This document shows positions 1-10,733 of a stretch of 56,561 nucleotides of DNA, one piece after another. The notes beneath the pieces are model-generated. The model had not been told where the DNA came from. It made no database searches and saw nothing but the letters and a program-made list of their open reading frames with translations. The DNA lies in IMG/VR virus record IMGVR_UViG_3300031539_000035, positions 1 to 56,561 of that record. The stretch is one strand, 5' to 3'. Both the position numbers and the translations under genes were made by a program. Positions within the stretch are counted from its first letter, which is position 1. Every line of letters begins with the position of its first letter. The DNA comes from a virus. Lineage: Duplodnaviria; Caudoviricetes.

Positions 1-2
1 TG

Positions 3-425
3 GTGCGCATGGCGCGCGCGGAGGAAGTGCGCGAGACCTGGACCGAGCGGGAACGCGCACTATACGATCTGGTGAGCGCCTATCGGTTGTACGTGGTGCG
101 TAAAGAGGATCGCTACTGGCAAGGACAGGCGGTAGGGGTGTATCCTACCTGTGACGAGGCGATGGGCGCGGCGGAGGAGATCGCCAGTCACGCGGCGGAG
201 CCGATATTGGCCGCTCGCCGCACGGCATGGCGGTCGAGCAACGTGAGCAGCCCGCAGATTCTGTATATGCGGAGGCTGGGGATCGACGTGCCGGACGGCT
301 GCACCAAAGGACAGGCAGCGCAGTTGATCAGCCAGGCGTTGTGCAGGCGGGCGGTTGAGGGTGTGCGACACGAACAGGAGCAAGCGACATGGCAGACGAT
401 CCGCGAGCGGTTGGACTGCATCTGA
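3..425 (+). CDS. C-terminal part of a probable SF2 helicase (truncated by the window start)
   Basis: ORF open at the window edge; SxxQxxYMRRLGIDVPDGCTKGQAAQLI resembles the C-terminal tail of phage DEAD/IRC3-like helicases; lies next to the primase. Confidence 0.5.
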   Translation: MRMARAEEVRETWTERERALYDLVSAYRLYVVRKEDRYWQGQAVGVYPTCDEAMGAAEEIASHAAEPILAARRTAWRSSNVSSPQILYMRRLGIDVPDGCTKGQAAQLISQALCRRAVEGVRHEQEQATWQTIRERLDCI

Positions 426-631
426 TTTATCCTGGGATCATTCCCTGCCGGGTAGATATCTGGCTGGCCAAGGCGGGCGTCCATAAAGCATCGGATGTTC
501 TGGCGCATATCCGTGCTGGTACGCTACAGACATTGCACGGGATCGGCCCGTATCGCGAGTCACGGATCGTGTTGTACCACACCGATTCGCGGGACTGGGA
601 TTATGTGAGGCGAACATATGGACACTCATAG
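389..631 (+). CDS. small helix-hairpin-helix protein (start uncertain)
   Basis: LQTLHGIGPYR HhH-like motif; fills the gap between helicase and primase. Confidence 0.4.
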   Translation: MADDPRAVGLHLIYPGIIPCRVDIWLAKAGVHKASDVLAHIRAGTLQTLHGIGPYRESRIVLYHTDSRDWDYVRRTYGHS

Positions 632-1640
632 TCTGACGGATGAGCAGATCTACTGGCAACTAGTGGATGCGCTCGGTGCTCAGGTGGCCAGCGATGGTGA
701 GGCGCACTGCACCTGTCCCGCCTGTAGTAAGGAAGCCAAACGCGGCCAGACGCACTTCTCGTTCTCGCTGCGCGGCGGGAAATGCATGGTATGTGGGCAG
801 GGATGGGGTTTGCGCGGCCTGGCACGACAAGTGCTCGGCGGTATGCCCGACAAGTACATGCCTAAGCCGCAGAGAACAGTGCCGCCAAAGCGTGCGCGCA
901 TATTCGACGTGGATGGCTGGGAGCGCTTACTAGGGGAGTATGACCGGGCCGGTCGTTACGACTGGGAAGCCTACGCGCCCACGTTGTCGGATGCGGTACG
1001 GCAGGAGCGCGGTTGGACGGTCGGTGCCATGTTGACTGGCACGAGCAAGTGCCGCCATCGGCGTCTCATTCTGCCGCTGCGAGTGGGCGGGACACTGGTG
1101 GGCATCCGCAGCCGAGCGATAGACTGCGACTGCGGCAAGTGGTTGAGCGCATTGGGCACGCGCTCGGTCCTCTACAACGGGGCACGCCTCCTGACTCCAG
1201 GGGCTCCACAGCCGGACGACGTGGGCGATGCGTCTGGCAAGTGGCGAGCGCAGGGCACGTGGCTATGGATCGTCGAGAATCCGGTGGACGCGATCCTGAT
1301 CGAGAATCAGGTGAGCAAGGCAAGCGCGGTAGCCACCCTCGGCGTGAGCATGTGGCGGGATGGGTGGACTACGCTGGTGCGAGATTGCGGTGCGCTCGGC
1401 GTGATCGTGGCCTACGACAACGACGCGCCCGGGAACGTGACGCCAGGATGCGCCGGAATGATCGCGCGGTCGTGGGGCGAGGATCATGGGAGCGAGCCGC
1501 CGGCCAACGGCAATAGGCTGGTGAACCGGTTGCTTGAGGCGGGCGTCAAAGCAAGGTTGTTCGGCTGGCCAGAGGGGACGCCGCTGAAGGCCGATCTGGG
1601 AGATACCCTGAGGAAGAAAGCCTTGGAGGTATCGGAATGA
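618..1640 (+). CDS. DNA primase (Zn finger + TOPRIM)
   Basis: N-terminal CPAC...CMVC zinc finger; TOPRIM motifs WIVENPVDAI and IVAYDND; C-terminal KADLGD. Confidence 0.8.
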   Translation: MDTHSLTDEQIYWQLVDALGAQVASDGEAHCTCPACSKEAKRGQTHFSFSLRGGKCMVCGQGWGLRGLARQVLGGMPDKYMPKPQRTVPPKRARIFDVDGWERLLGEYDRAGRYDWEAYAPTLSDAVRQERGWTVGAMLTGTSKCRHRRLILPLRVGGTLVGIRSRAIDCDCGKWLSALGTRSVLYNGARLLTPGAPQPDDVGDASGKWRAQGTWLWIVENPVDAILIENQVSKASAVATLGVSMWRDGWTTLVRDCGALGVIVAYDNDAPGNVTPGCAGMIARSWGEDHGSEPPANGNRLVNRLLEAGVKARLFGWPEGTPLKADLGDTLRKKALEVSE

Positions 1641-2993
1641 CATGCTGGTTACAATGTGAGGTATGTAACAGGAAGAGTGGCCCAGGCAGTTGGCCCACGT
1701 TCCAAAGTGCTGGCTGGCGAGCTACCGGTGAGCACTGCTACTGCCCAGCGCACCGATGGAGAGGGATGCTGACGAAGACACAACGGCGACTAGCGCACAG
1801 ACGGGGTGCGCAGGTGGAGGCTGGGACGTGAAAGAAGAGAAGATCATCATAGCGTCGTGGAGGCCATCGTCCCGCGAGTACGTGGATGTGGAGGTGTCGG
1901 CATCGGTGAAGGGCGGGCTGGCGATTCACGAGGCTACCACTGGGGTAGCGGGTTTGCACACGCTGACTGTAGTTGCCTGTGGGCTGGCCATGACCAGTGG
2001 CAAGAAGCGCACTTTGCAGGCCATGCGGCGGGCGCTTCTGGAGACTGCCATTCCATGGAATGAGTTAATAAGTAAAGAGGCCGCGAAACCATACATGAAC
2101 GAGATGATCCGTGTCATGAACTCGACACGATGACCACAGAGGTGTCAATCATGGATGGCGAGATCCTACGGCGGAGCGTCTGCGAGGTGTTGGGGCCTGG
2201 CGCCGAGGTGACGGTGGTAGTCGGGCGACAGGGGCAGGTGGACGTGCGACTGGACGCGGCACAGTGGCAGCGGATACGAGACGCGCTGACCGAATGCGAA
2301 CGGCGATGGCCACCACGGTATAGCATCGATGATGTCGTGCAGCGGACTATGATAAGGGTGAAGAGAAAATGAGCTTTAGGATATTGTTCGACATTAGTGC
2401 TGATACTATGTTTTCCAGCAAGACCGTGGCTATTGCTGGCCACAATAACGATTGGGCGGCCTACCGAGGTCCAAGTGATTGGTCTGATGAGGCGGTTGTG
2501 GCTGATGGCGATAAGCTGTCCAAGAGAGAAGCCGAGCCGCTGTTTTGGGTAATGATCTGTAGTGGCAGAACCTATCGGTGATAGATGTAGCGGACTAAGC
2601 GTTGACAAGGGAGGCAAGGTGAGCGACCTGGAGAACGTGCAAAAGGGCGATACCGTGATCTACTGGCCAGCCAGCGAGTTCGAGCCACCGGAGTTCGTGC
2701 CAGTGGAGCACGCGACCAAAACCGTGATCGTGGCCAAGGGGCAGCGCTGGCAGCGCAAAACGGGGCGCAGTGTCGCACATAATGCGCGCGTCTGGTGGCC
2801 GGACTTTCTGCGAATCGAGGATGTAACGGAGGAGTCACGCCACAAGGCCGAGATAGCCATTGCGGCATACGTCGAGAGGCAGCGGCGGCGCGATGCGGAG
2901 AGAACTATCCGATATGCGCGGCTGGAACTCGTGCCGGTGGATGTGCTGGAATCTGTGGCGATATTGTTGCGTGAGGCCGGAGGAGAGGCATGA
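1637..2993 (+). CDS. cluster of small hypothetical genes (1637-1831, 1828-2133, 2130-2372, 2369-2581, 2619-2993)
   Basis: Tightly packed ORFs, most with ATGA/GTGA start-stop overlaps and GGAGG-like SD sequences. Confidence 0.6.
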
Positions 2994-3316
2994 CGACCAT
3001 GCTGGAGGTTTTGCTGGCCGTGGCCCTGGCGATGCACGGCCTGAGCGCGGAGTACGACTATGCCGCCTGCATCGTTCAGCGCGAATCTAACTGGCAGGTC
3101 GATGCCCTGGGTGCCGCAGGCGAGATTGGGTTGAGTCAGATCAAGTCGAGCACCGCTGCTTGGTGGGCGGGCCAGCTGGGGTGGGGCGAGGAGTGGGACG
3201 CGGGCACGCGGCTCTACGATCCGGCGGTAAACCTCTATCTGCTCGCGTATGGCCTGGCGAACGGCTATGGTGCGCATTGGTCCGTTGCGCGACTTTGCCA
3301 GGAGTATCTACCATGA
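2990..3316 (+). CDS. lytic transglycosylase (SLT domain) with hydrophobic N-terminus
   Basis: IVQRESNW (catalytic Glu), GEIGLSQI, LYDPAVN motifs. Confidence 0.75.
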   Translation: MTTMLEVLLAVALAMHGLSAEYDYAACIVQRESNWQVDALGAAGEIGLSQIKSSTAAWWAGQLGWGEEWDAGTRLYDPAVNLYLLAYGLANGYGAHWSVARLCQEYLP

Positions 3317-3816
3317 GAGATAAGAGGGTGCGGAGCGGGGTATATCAAATCCGTAACATAGTAACGGGCGGGCGGTATGTTGGCAGCACGATTCATCTGA
3401 AGAAACGATGGGCTATTCATCGCTGGATGCTTATTTATGGACGGCATGATAACAAGCCATTGCAACGTGCACATGATGAATACGGATTGGATGCACTGCT
3501 ATTCGAGATTTTGGAAGAGACAGCGGACTTGATTATGCGTGAGCAGTTTTATCTTGACACATTGCGGCCAGAATACAACCGCCATCCGAATGCGGGGTCT
3601 GCCTTGGGATACAAGGTTTCAGAGGAGGGGCGACGGAATATCAGTGCTGCGCAGATAGGGCACTCAGTTGGAAACAAAACTCGTTTCGCAGTGGCAGAAG
3701 CAAACAGGCGTCGTCATCAGTCCGATGAAACGCGGAGGCGCATTAGTGAAGGGCTCAAACGTGCCTACAGCGAAGGACGACGGTCGGGTTTTGCTAAGCC
3801 GATATCGCATCTATGA
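3313..3816 (+). CDS. GIY-YIG homing endonuclease with NUMOD3-like repeats
   Basis: SGVYQIRNIVTGGRYVGS, REQFYLD..PEYN, SEEGRRNIS / SDETRRRIS; lower GC; ATG at 3313 overlaps the upstream stop. Confidence 0.9.
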   Translation: MRDKRVRSGVYQIRNIVTGGRYVGSTIHLKKRWAIHRWMLIYGRHDNKPLQRAHDEYGLDALLFEILEETADLIMREQFYLDTLRPEYNRHPNAGSALGYKVSEEGRRNISAAQIGHSVGNKTRFAVAEANRRRHQSDETRRRISEGLKRAYSEGRRSGFAKPISHL

Positions 3817-4202
3817 TGCAGGAGGAACAGATGACCGAGTACAAGCCCGACGTAGATGAGGCGCTAGAGAGATTCCTGCAGCAGCGGAAGGCGATGCTGG
3901 AATCGGCGACACAATCAATGCGGTCCTTTATGGAGATACTGCTGCCTGCATTCGAGGCCTTTGACAAAGCACTGCATGCAATGCACGCGAGGTATTGGGA
4001 GGAATACCTGGCAGCTGGGGCGCCGTATGATCGCACGGAAGAGGGGTTCGACCGCTGGCTGGACGAGCTGACTGGCAGGGCCGAGATTGAAGCGGCGATT
4101 GAAGAAGCCCAGGAGCGCGAGGAACATCGGTGCTGGTTGAAACAGCTTGCACAGCGATTCCGCAAGACGGAGGACGCGGATGGTACGGCGCAAACAGATT
4201 GA
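3813..4202 (+). CDS. hypothetical protein
   Basis: ATGA-coupled ORF, helical acidic sequence. Confidence 0.6.
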   Translation: MMQEEQMTEYKPDVDEALERFLQQRKAMLESATQSMRSFMEILLPAFEAFDKALHAMHARYWEEYLAAGAPYDRTEEGFDRWLDELTGRAEIEAAIEEAQEREEHRCWLKQLAQRFRKTEDADGTAQTD

Positions 4203-5100
4203 ACAATTGGTGAAGGAGGCGGCCGTGAGCGATTGGCGTGGCGGCCTTGCCGAGTGGGTTGAGGGTGATACGGCGTATCTGTCGGTGCCGTTCACATGGG
4301 AGCTCCAAAACGCCCATCAGCGCGCCGTCTGGCTGCGCGAGAGTGGCTATCGCGTCCGTGCTGGCGGGCCAGCTGTCTCGCTCATGCCCGAAATGATGGC
4401 CGACGTGGCCGAACTCGGTGGCGAGGTGGATGCCCTACCGCACCACAATCCGCGGGCGACGTTTACCAGTCGGGGATGTATTCGGCGATGCCCATTCTGC
4501 GCCGTGCCTAAGATTGAGGGCGACCTGCGCGAACTGGCCGATTGGGAACCGCGCCCGATCGTTTGTGACAACAACCTGCTGGCGTGCTCACAGAAGCACT
4601 TTGATACCGTGATTGACCGGCTCAAGCCGCTCGAGGCCATCGACTTCAACCAGGGCCTCGACGCGCGGCTGTTGACCAAACATCACGCCGAGCGGTTGGC
4701 GGAACTGGACTGCACGGTACGGTTGGCCTGGGACCACATCGACACGGGCAATGCGTTCATGGCGGGGTATGAGAAGTTGCGGCGTGCTCACATCCCGAAA
4801 AAACAGATACGAGTCTATGTGCTGATCGGCTACAAAGATACGCCGGATGATGCATGGTTCCGATTGCGCACGGTATGGAACCTCGGCGTCAAGCCGAACC
4901 CGATGCGGTATAACCCGCTAGACGTGATGGTACGCGATGCCTATGTCGGACCTGATTGGACTGACGATCTGTTGCGCCAGTACATGCGCTATTGGGCGAA
5001 CCTGATCTACACGGCAGGGGTGCCGTTTGGCGAGTGGTTGGGCCTTCTCGCTGGGTACCAAGCGATGAGGAGGATGGATGGTACGGCGCGCGATATCTGA
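4180..5100 (+). CDS. radical SAM protein
   Basis: TSRGCIRRCPFC (CxxxCxxC), DNN, DFNQGLDARL, VYVLIGY; GGAGG before ATG 4180. Confidence 0.88.
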   Translation: MVRRKQIEQLVKEAAVSDWRGGLAEWVEGDTAYLSVPFTWELQNAHQRAVWLRESGYRVRAGGPAVSLMPEMMADVAELGGEVDALPHHNPRATFTSRGCIRRCPFCAVPKIEGDLRELADWEPRPIVCDNNLLACSQKHFDTVIDRLKPLEAIDFNQGLDARLLTKHHAERLAELDCTVRLAWDHIDTGNAFMAGYEKLRRAHIPKKQIRVYVLIGYKDTPDDAWFRLRTVWNLGVKPNPMRYNPLDVMVRDAYVGPDWTDDLLRQYMRYWANLIYTAGVPFGEWLGLLAGYQAMRRMDGTARDI

Positions 5101-5590
5101 GGAAGCTGCCCGCGAGGCGCACGCCTGGTACATGGCCGAGTCTTTTCGCACGCTGGCTCAGGCGGCGACTCAGTACGGCTTGAACCGGGAGTCTCTGCGG
5201 CTGAAGGCGCACACGCTCGACCTGCCGATGAAGGCGCGCGGCCCGGAAAAGAACGGGCCAGATCGACCAAAGTGCACCAGTTATAATGGCATACTGGAGG
5301 CCTACCGCGCGGGTACGTCGGTGGAGAAGTTGAGCATTCGCCTGGGGTTGCGAGCGGACGCCATTGTTGAGATTCTGCGGGCAGGTGGCGAGGCCTGCGC
5401 CAGGTGCAAAGTCCTACTCCGGGAGCACACTCCGTACGGGATTGCCGTATTGGCGAACGGCAGGCGGGTTTGCCAGGAGTGCGTGGAGGAAGCGCACTAT
5501 CAGGTAGTGAGATGGGATCGCCCGCCGGTGGAGATCGTACGCGACTATTGCGAGATATCCGATGTGTATGCGTGGCAGGGGGAGAGGTAA
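5078..5590 (+). CDS. HTH / Zn-finger putative DNA-binding protein
   Basis: Two HTH-like segments plus CARC...CQEC. Confidence 0.5.
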   Translation: MVRRAISEEAAREAHAWYMAESFRTLAQAATQYGLNRESLRLKAHTLDLPMKARGPEKNGPDRPKCTSYNGILEAYRAGTSVEKLSIRLGLRADAIVEILRAGGEACARCKVLLREHTPYGIAVLANGRRVCQECVEEAHYQVVRWDRPPVEIVRDYCEISDVYAWQGER

Positions 5591-5594
5591 ACAA

Positions 5595-5620
5595 CTGTCG
5601 CCTTTAGGCGACAGCTTTTC
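5595..5620 (+). terminator. probable intrinsic terminator
   Basis: CTGTCGCC-TTTA-GGCGACAG hairpin followed by CTTTT. Confidence 0.5.
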
Positions 5621-5715
5621 CCTAGTCGGTGTTACCGACTGAGAAGTACGGCCGGCTTACAGCGGCCCAGCGGGCAATGTTTCCCGCCGCGATTGCCAGA
5701 AAAGGGAGGGGAGAG

Positions 5716-7866
5716 ATGAGGCGACTAGATGGGCAGGATATGCGGAATGCTTATGAGGTGGCGAGGCGTTTCAATGAGTTGGCGGAGGAGGTGGATGCCA
5801 AGTTGGACCACCTGTTCGAGCGGATGGACTCGATCGAGGGGGTTATGGAGCACGGTCATCACGAGGCGCCCGTTCTTACGATTGTCGGCTCGCTGGCGCC
5901 AGAGCGGGAGGCGGCCGACATCGACGACGAGGGCGACCCTGGCGAGTGCCCCGAGTGCGGCGCGCCGTACCAGATCGTGCGGCCGGGCAAGGTCCAGGAT
6001 ACGTGCCGGTGCGAGGAGGTGAGGCAACTCACGGATGAAGTGGTCGAGCTGCGGCGGCGCCTGGCTGAGAAGCCAGTGGGCGTACTGGCCGAGATCGAGC
6101 GGCGGCTGGCGTCCAGGGCCGAGGTGCTGACGGCGGTGGATGAGTTGAGAAAGCAGGTGGCCGAGGTACAGCAAGAATGCGCGGCGGTGATGGCCCACAG
6201 TGGGCAGCTAATGGCGGAGAACGAGCGGCTGCGTACCGATAACGCCCGGCTTGCCTGTGGCTATGCAGAGCGGCTAGGAGACCATCAGGAGAACGAGCGC
6301 CTGCGGGCCGACAATGCGGTGGTGCGAGGTTCCAACGATCGGCTGTGGGGTACACCAGTAGGGGAAGGGTGAAAGATGCTATCGGAAAGGACCAAGAAAG
6401 TCATTGAAAGTGCCCGTAGGCAGCTCGACAGGGACCCGCACTTAGCCAACTACATGCTCCGGGACCTGCCCGAAGTCAAGGAGTTGGGCCTGAGTGAGTT
6501 GGCATGGGCGATGCATCGAGACGGTAGTCTATCGAAGAACGATGTACTGGGTTTGATCGAGGCGCTGGAGGCCGCGCAGGTGGAGGAAGGCTGACATGCA
6601 AAGAAAGATTGTAGAGCGCCTGACCGACACCTGCCCGACATGCGACGGCAACGGCAATACGATGGACGCCAGGGGCCATCGCTTTATGCCGTGCTGGCGT
6701 TGCCATCAACGCGGCTGGGTCACTTGTGAGGAGCGCGACGTGACCGCCGAGCACGACGCGGCCATGGCCGAGCTGGCTTGGTTGCGAGTAGAGAATGACG
6801 CGCTGCGAGCGGATGACGTCATGATACGCGGCGCACTGGATACGATCAGGCGGTGGTACGAGGCGGTGGAGGAGGGACGATGAGCCAGACTAGCACGACG
6901 GCACCGACTCTCGACCTGGGGCAGGTGATAGCGCCCTCGTACTACGAGCTGGTGCTGCTGATGCGCCGCTTCACTGCGTGCACCTCCACGGAGGTGGTCG
7001 GCCTGGACGGCTGGCGCGACGTGCGCGTGCCGGAGGAGTTGTGGCGCCAGGTGCAGGAGGTGATGGGATGATTCTGGCGATGACGATATTTATTGCTACG
7101 TTGCTTCTCGCCTTTGTTGCGGTAGGGCGGTTTCTAGACGAGTGCTTAGAATATCATCCGCCAGACCGCCCGAAGGACTACTGGGCATGTCTGGATCAGT
7201 TTCTTGGTATGGCAGAGCAGCTTTGTCCAGACATTCTCTGGACTGGCCACGTGGTCCCAGATAAGGCTCTGATTGAGGTTGGCGCTATGACCCATGGTCC
7301 TCATGGGACTGTGGCAATGCGTAAACTTTGGACGTATGAGCACACGTGGCATCGTCCGGAGGATATTGCGATGGTGATGGCGGAGGATCTGCGCAGGAAG
7401 TTGGGGGAGAGATATGCCATGGTGGGGATTCGCGCTGATTCTGGTGGGCCTGATTCTGCTGCTGGTAGTCTATTGTGTGCTGCGCATCGCCAGTGATGCG
7501 GACGACAGAATGGAGGGGGGACTGTGATCTCACCAGGCTGGGCATTGTTACTCGGGATAGTCGGCGGCGGCATTGGGGCATTGATCGGCATGGTCTTTGT
7601 GGCGTTCCTGATGGGGCGGTGGATGAAACGCCAGGAGGCGCAGCAGGCGGCGGACCGCATTCTGCGGGGGATCCGCGACAATGGGAGTTCGTGAGCACCT
7701 GGAGGCGGCCAGGGCGTTTCGCACGGCGGGATACGCGCTATTGGCACTGGCCAGCGACGCGGAGCGGTGCATGAACGGGGAGTGGGCAGAGCAGAAGGAC
7801 GGTATTCTGGCGAGGCTAGGCGAGGTCGTCGCGCGGGTGATGAACGGGAGGATACATGCCCAATAA
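5716..7866 (+). CDS. cluster of hypothetical genes (5716-6372 coiled coil + Zn ribbon, 6376-6594, 6596-6883, 6880-7071, 7068-7496, small membrane proteins 7414-7527 and 7524-7694, ~7691-7866)
   Basis: Coupled starts/stops and SD motifs; 7414 (MPWWGFALILVGLILLLVVY..) and 7524 (MISPGWALLLGIVGGGIG..) are <60 aa single-TM ORFs absent from the supplied track. Confidence 0.55.
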
Positions 7867-8197
7867 GACGTGGAAAAACGTGGAGCGGAAGATCGCGGAG
7901 CGCATCGGTGGAACGCGCACCAGCAAGGGCGGCCAGGGGGAAGCGACGCCGGACGTGGAGAACGATTGGCTGTCAGTCGAGGTCAAGACGCGGCGTACGT
8001 TTCCCGGCTGGATGATAGATGCAATGGCGCAGGCGGAGACGAATGCTACGCCGGGCAAACTGCCCACCGTGCGATGTCACGGTATTGGCTGGCGGCATCG
8101 TCGGGACATTATCATGCTGCGGGCGGGTGACTTCGAGGACTACTTTGGGGGCTATGGGACCGACACGGTGGCGAACGAGGGAACGGAGGACCAGTGA
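7856..8197 (+). CDS. PD-(D/E)XK nuclease, Holliday junction resolvase-like
   Basis: WKNVERKIA...PDVENDWLSVEVK. Confidence 0.7.
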   Translation: MPNKTWKNVERKIAERIGGTRTSKGGQGEATPDVENDWLSVEVKTRRTFPGWMIDAMAQAETNATPGKLPTVRCHGIGWRHRRDIIMLRAGDFEDYFGGYGTDTVANEGTEDQ

Positions 8198-8931
8198 GTG
8201 AGCTGCTGTCCTTCGGCGCGGGCGTGAACAGCGTGGCCCTCGCGATCCTGCTGGTCAACGAAGGCTGGCGCGGGCCAATCGTGTTTGCCGACACGGGCTG
8301 CGAGTGGCCGGAGACGTACTGCTACCTGAGCTATTTCGAGGGCGGCTGGCTGGCGCCGCGGGGGCTGAGTGTGACGACGCTGGGCGGGGAGTGGCGGCCG
8401 GGAAAACGGGCCAGGGAGCTGAGCCTCATAGAGTACGCCGAATGGTATGCCTACGTGCCTCTGGCCGGCATCCGTTGGTGCACCCGGACATATAAGGCCG
8501 ATCCGATGGCCCGATATGCGCAGGCTAACGGCATTGAGACGCAGTTCCTTGGTATCGCGGCGGACGAGTCCCACCGGCAACCGCTCAGGAGCCGGCCCTT
8601 GGTGGACAGGAATATCACGCGTCAGGGATGCATCGACATTATCGTCGCTGAGGGGCTGGACGTGCCGCAGAAGAGCGGCTGCTACATCTGCCCATTCCAG
8701 CGCGACAACCAGTGGCGGGAGTTGTGGCGCTTGCATCCCGATCTATTCGATCGGGCGGCCAGGCTGGAAGAGGCGGCGACGGCCAGGCGCGGGATATTCA
8801 CGACGCTGGACCCGGCGGGCAAGATCACGCTGCGTGACCGCCAGTATCGGTACGAGCATCAGGGCAGCCTGCTGGACGACTCCGACTGGGACGCGCTGCT
8901 GGCCTACCGGCCGTGTGTGTGCGGCCTGTGA
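8194..8931 (+). CDS. PAPS reductase-like (PP-loop) protein
   Basis: SFGAGVNS PP-loop, VFADTGCEWPETY, RWCT..YK, KSGCYICPF. Confidence 0.8.
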   Translation: MSELLSFGAGVNSVALAILLVNEGWRGPIVFADTGCEWPETYCYLSYFEGGWLAPRGLSVTTLGGEWRPGKRARELSLIEYAEWYAYVPLAGIRWCTRTYKADPMARYAQANGIETQFLGIAADESHRQPLRSRPLVDRNITRQGCIDIIVAEGLDVPQKSGCYICPFQRDNQWRELWRLHPDLFDRAARLEEAATARRGIFTTLDPAGKITLRDRQYRYEHQGSLLDDSDWDALLAYRPCVCGL

Positions 8932-8935
8932 CACC

Positions 8936-8964
8936 TTGACAATGCCATAAGCATATGTTATACT
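8936..8964 (+). promoter_or_regulatory. sigma70-type promoter
   Basis: TTGACA-17-TATACT with TGn extended -10. Confidence 0.75.
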
Positions 8965-8995
8965 AGGGCTCAAGCGGTAGCGACAAGGAGGCGAC

Positions 8996-9277
8996 ATGAG
9001 GATCAAGACGGTTTCAGTAACTTACGGGCGGAAGCTGAATCTCGGGGAATACAATTCTGCCACAGTCGAATGCTCCATGTGGGCCGATCTGGACGTGGAG
9101 GATGACCTGGACGTGGCCATGCACGGACTCTGGGACATGGCCAAGGAGAACGTGAAGGCACAGTGTCTGCCATTGGCCAACAAGGGCAAAGCCGAGGTCC
9201 GCGAGTTCTATCTTGGCGTGCCGGTGGCGAATCCGCGTGAAAAGGAGGTAGTACCGGTACAAGATGAGGCTCTATGA
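8996..9277 (+). CDS. hypothetical protein
   Basis: Strong AAGGAGG SD; first gene after the promoter. Confidence 0.7.
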   Translation: MRIKTVSVTYGRKLNLGEYNSATVECSMWADLDVEDDLDVAMHGLWDMAKENVKAQCLPLANKGKAEVREFYLGVPVANPREKEVVPVQDEAL

Positions 9278-9318
9278 GCGGCGTGTATCACTGACGCTAG
9301 CATAACAGGAGGCATAGC

Positions 9319-10392
9319 ATGAGCCCGATTCTCGGACTGACTCAAGACACGGATCGCATCGCGCAGTTCCCCAGCCTTGGCCGCCTTCGCAAAGGGGCGC
9401 CCATGGACCCGAACAAAAAAGGGCCGGGGCGCGAGCTGCGCTACTTCCGATTCACGAGCGACCTGCCCGACGTACAGACCGCCTTCGAGACAGCCCACGG
9501 CAAGGAACCGTCTATCCTCACTATCTACCTGCCCTATCCTGGCCTCGACGAGAACTTTGCCACCTGGCGTGAGGAGTGGAAAGCCGGGGGGCTCCAGCAC
9601 CGCTGCAACGGCGCTGACTGCACCGTCTGGCTGGAGAATGGCGCCTACGTGCTGGCTGACGCTACGCACAAGAAGGCCTGCCCCTATGCCGACAAGGCGC
9701 AGCGGGAGTGTAAAGTGATCGGGCGCCTCACGGTGATCGTCCCGGAGCTATGGGCTGCCGGCTACGTCGGTTACGTGACGCTTGGGACTGGGAGCATCCA
9801 TGATGTTACCAGTATCTACGACAGCCTCAACGCCATTGCCGAGTCGCAGATGCATGGCGGACGTTCGGTGGACCTGCGCGGGATCCCGATGGTACTGCGG
9901 AGGGTTGAACGGGAGATCTCGACGCCGGGGACTGACGGCAAGCGGGCACGACGAAAGCACTGGCTGGTGACGCTCGAGCCAGCGGCCAAGTGGGTGCGGG
10001 GATTGCAGCAGATCACGAAGTTGAGCCTACCTATGCTCAAGTCGGGCGTCGAGCAGGACGTGTCAACCGACCAAGGGCCCGCGGAGTTTGAGGACACCGA
10101 AGTAGTGGACGCCGAAGTGGTGGACGAGGCCACCGGCGAGATCGTTGAGGAGCAGATCGAGGAACAGGTCGAGGCGCCTCATTGGGCCAAGGATGAGGCC
10201 AAGCAGAAGGCGCTTCTGGACAAGGGTAAGAAACTTAAGCTGTCCAAGGCCGAGCTTCTGCGCCGGCTCGGCGTGGCGGAAGGCCAGACCATCAGCGACC
10301 TGCCCATCACTTTCGAGCAGGCCATGGCCCTACTGGACACGGAACCGCTGGCGGTCGGCCCGGATCTGGCTCAGGAGTCGATGCCGTTCTAA
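9319..10392 (+). CDS. recombination directionality factor-like / single-strand annealing protein
   Basis: GRLRKG..YFRFTSD..HRCNG..CP..C..IGRL.V.VP..G.V.L.TGS pattern; acidic C-terminus ending MPF (SSB-like tail). Confidence 0.65.
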   Translation: MSPILGLTQDTDRIAQFPSLGRLRKGAPMDPNKKGPGRELRYFRFTSDLPDVQTAFETAHGKEPSILTIYLPYPGLDENFATWREEWKAGGLQHRCNGADCTVWLENGAYVLADATHKKACPYADKAQRECKVIGRLTVIVPELWAAGYVGYVTLGTGSIHDVTSIYDSLNAIAESQMHGGRSVDLRGIPMVLRRVEREISTPGTDGKRARRKHWLVTLEPAAKWVRGLQQITKLSLPMLKSGVEQDVSTDQGPAEFEDTEVVDAEVVDEATGEIVEEQIEEQVEAPHWAKDEAKQKALLDKGKKLKLSKAELLRRLGVAEGQTISDLPITFEQAMALLDTEPLAVGPDLAQESMPF

Positions 10393-10424
10393 GCTGGGGG
10401 ATGTCTAGCCTGGCGGGGGGAAAG

Positions 10425-10655
10425 ATGAGCAAGAAAGAGGGCGGTGGCGAGGAATCTGTGGGGAGTACTATCTTGCAGATAGTAGTCTTGACATGTGTGA
10501 TAGTGTTTCTCGCCATGATGGTGCGAGAGAGCGGTGCCCAGGCGCGGACACAGTGGATCCGCGAGAGCATGGCTGAGCAGGGGTACACACTGATACTAGA
10601 AGACTCTGGTGCCGGAGAGACATGGCGGATGATCTGCGAGGAGATCGGTCGGTGA
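10425..10655 (+). CDS. small membrane protein
   Basis: Single hydrophobic segment. Confidence 0.5.
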   Translation: MSKKEGGGEESVGSTILQIVVLTCVIVFLAMMVRESGAQARTQWIRESMAEQGYTLILEDSGAGETWRMICEEIGR

Positions 10656-10733
10656 TGGGATATTGTGGCATTGGGGCATATCATCCGAAAACGTCGGCGC
10701 ATTGCGGCAGCCGACCACCCTCTGGAGGGCGAC

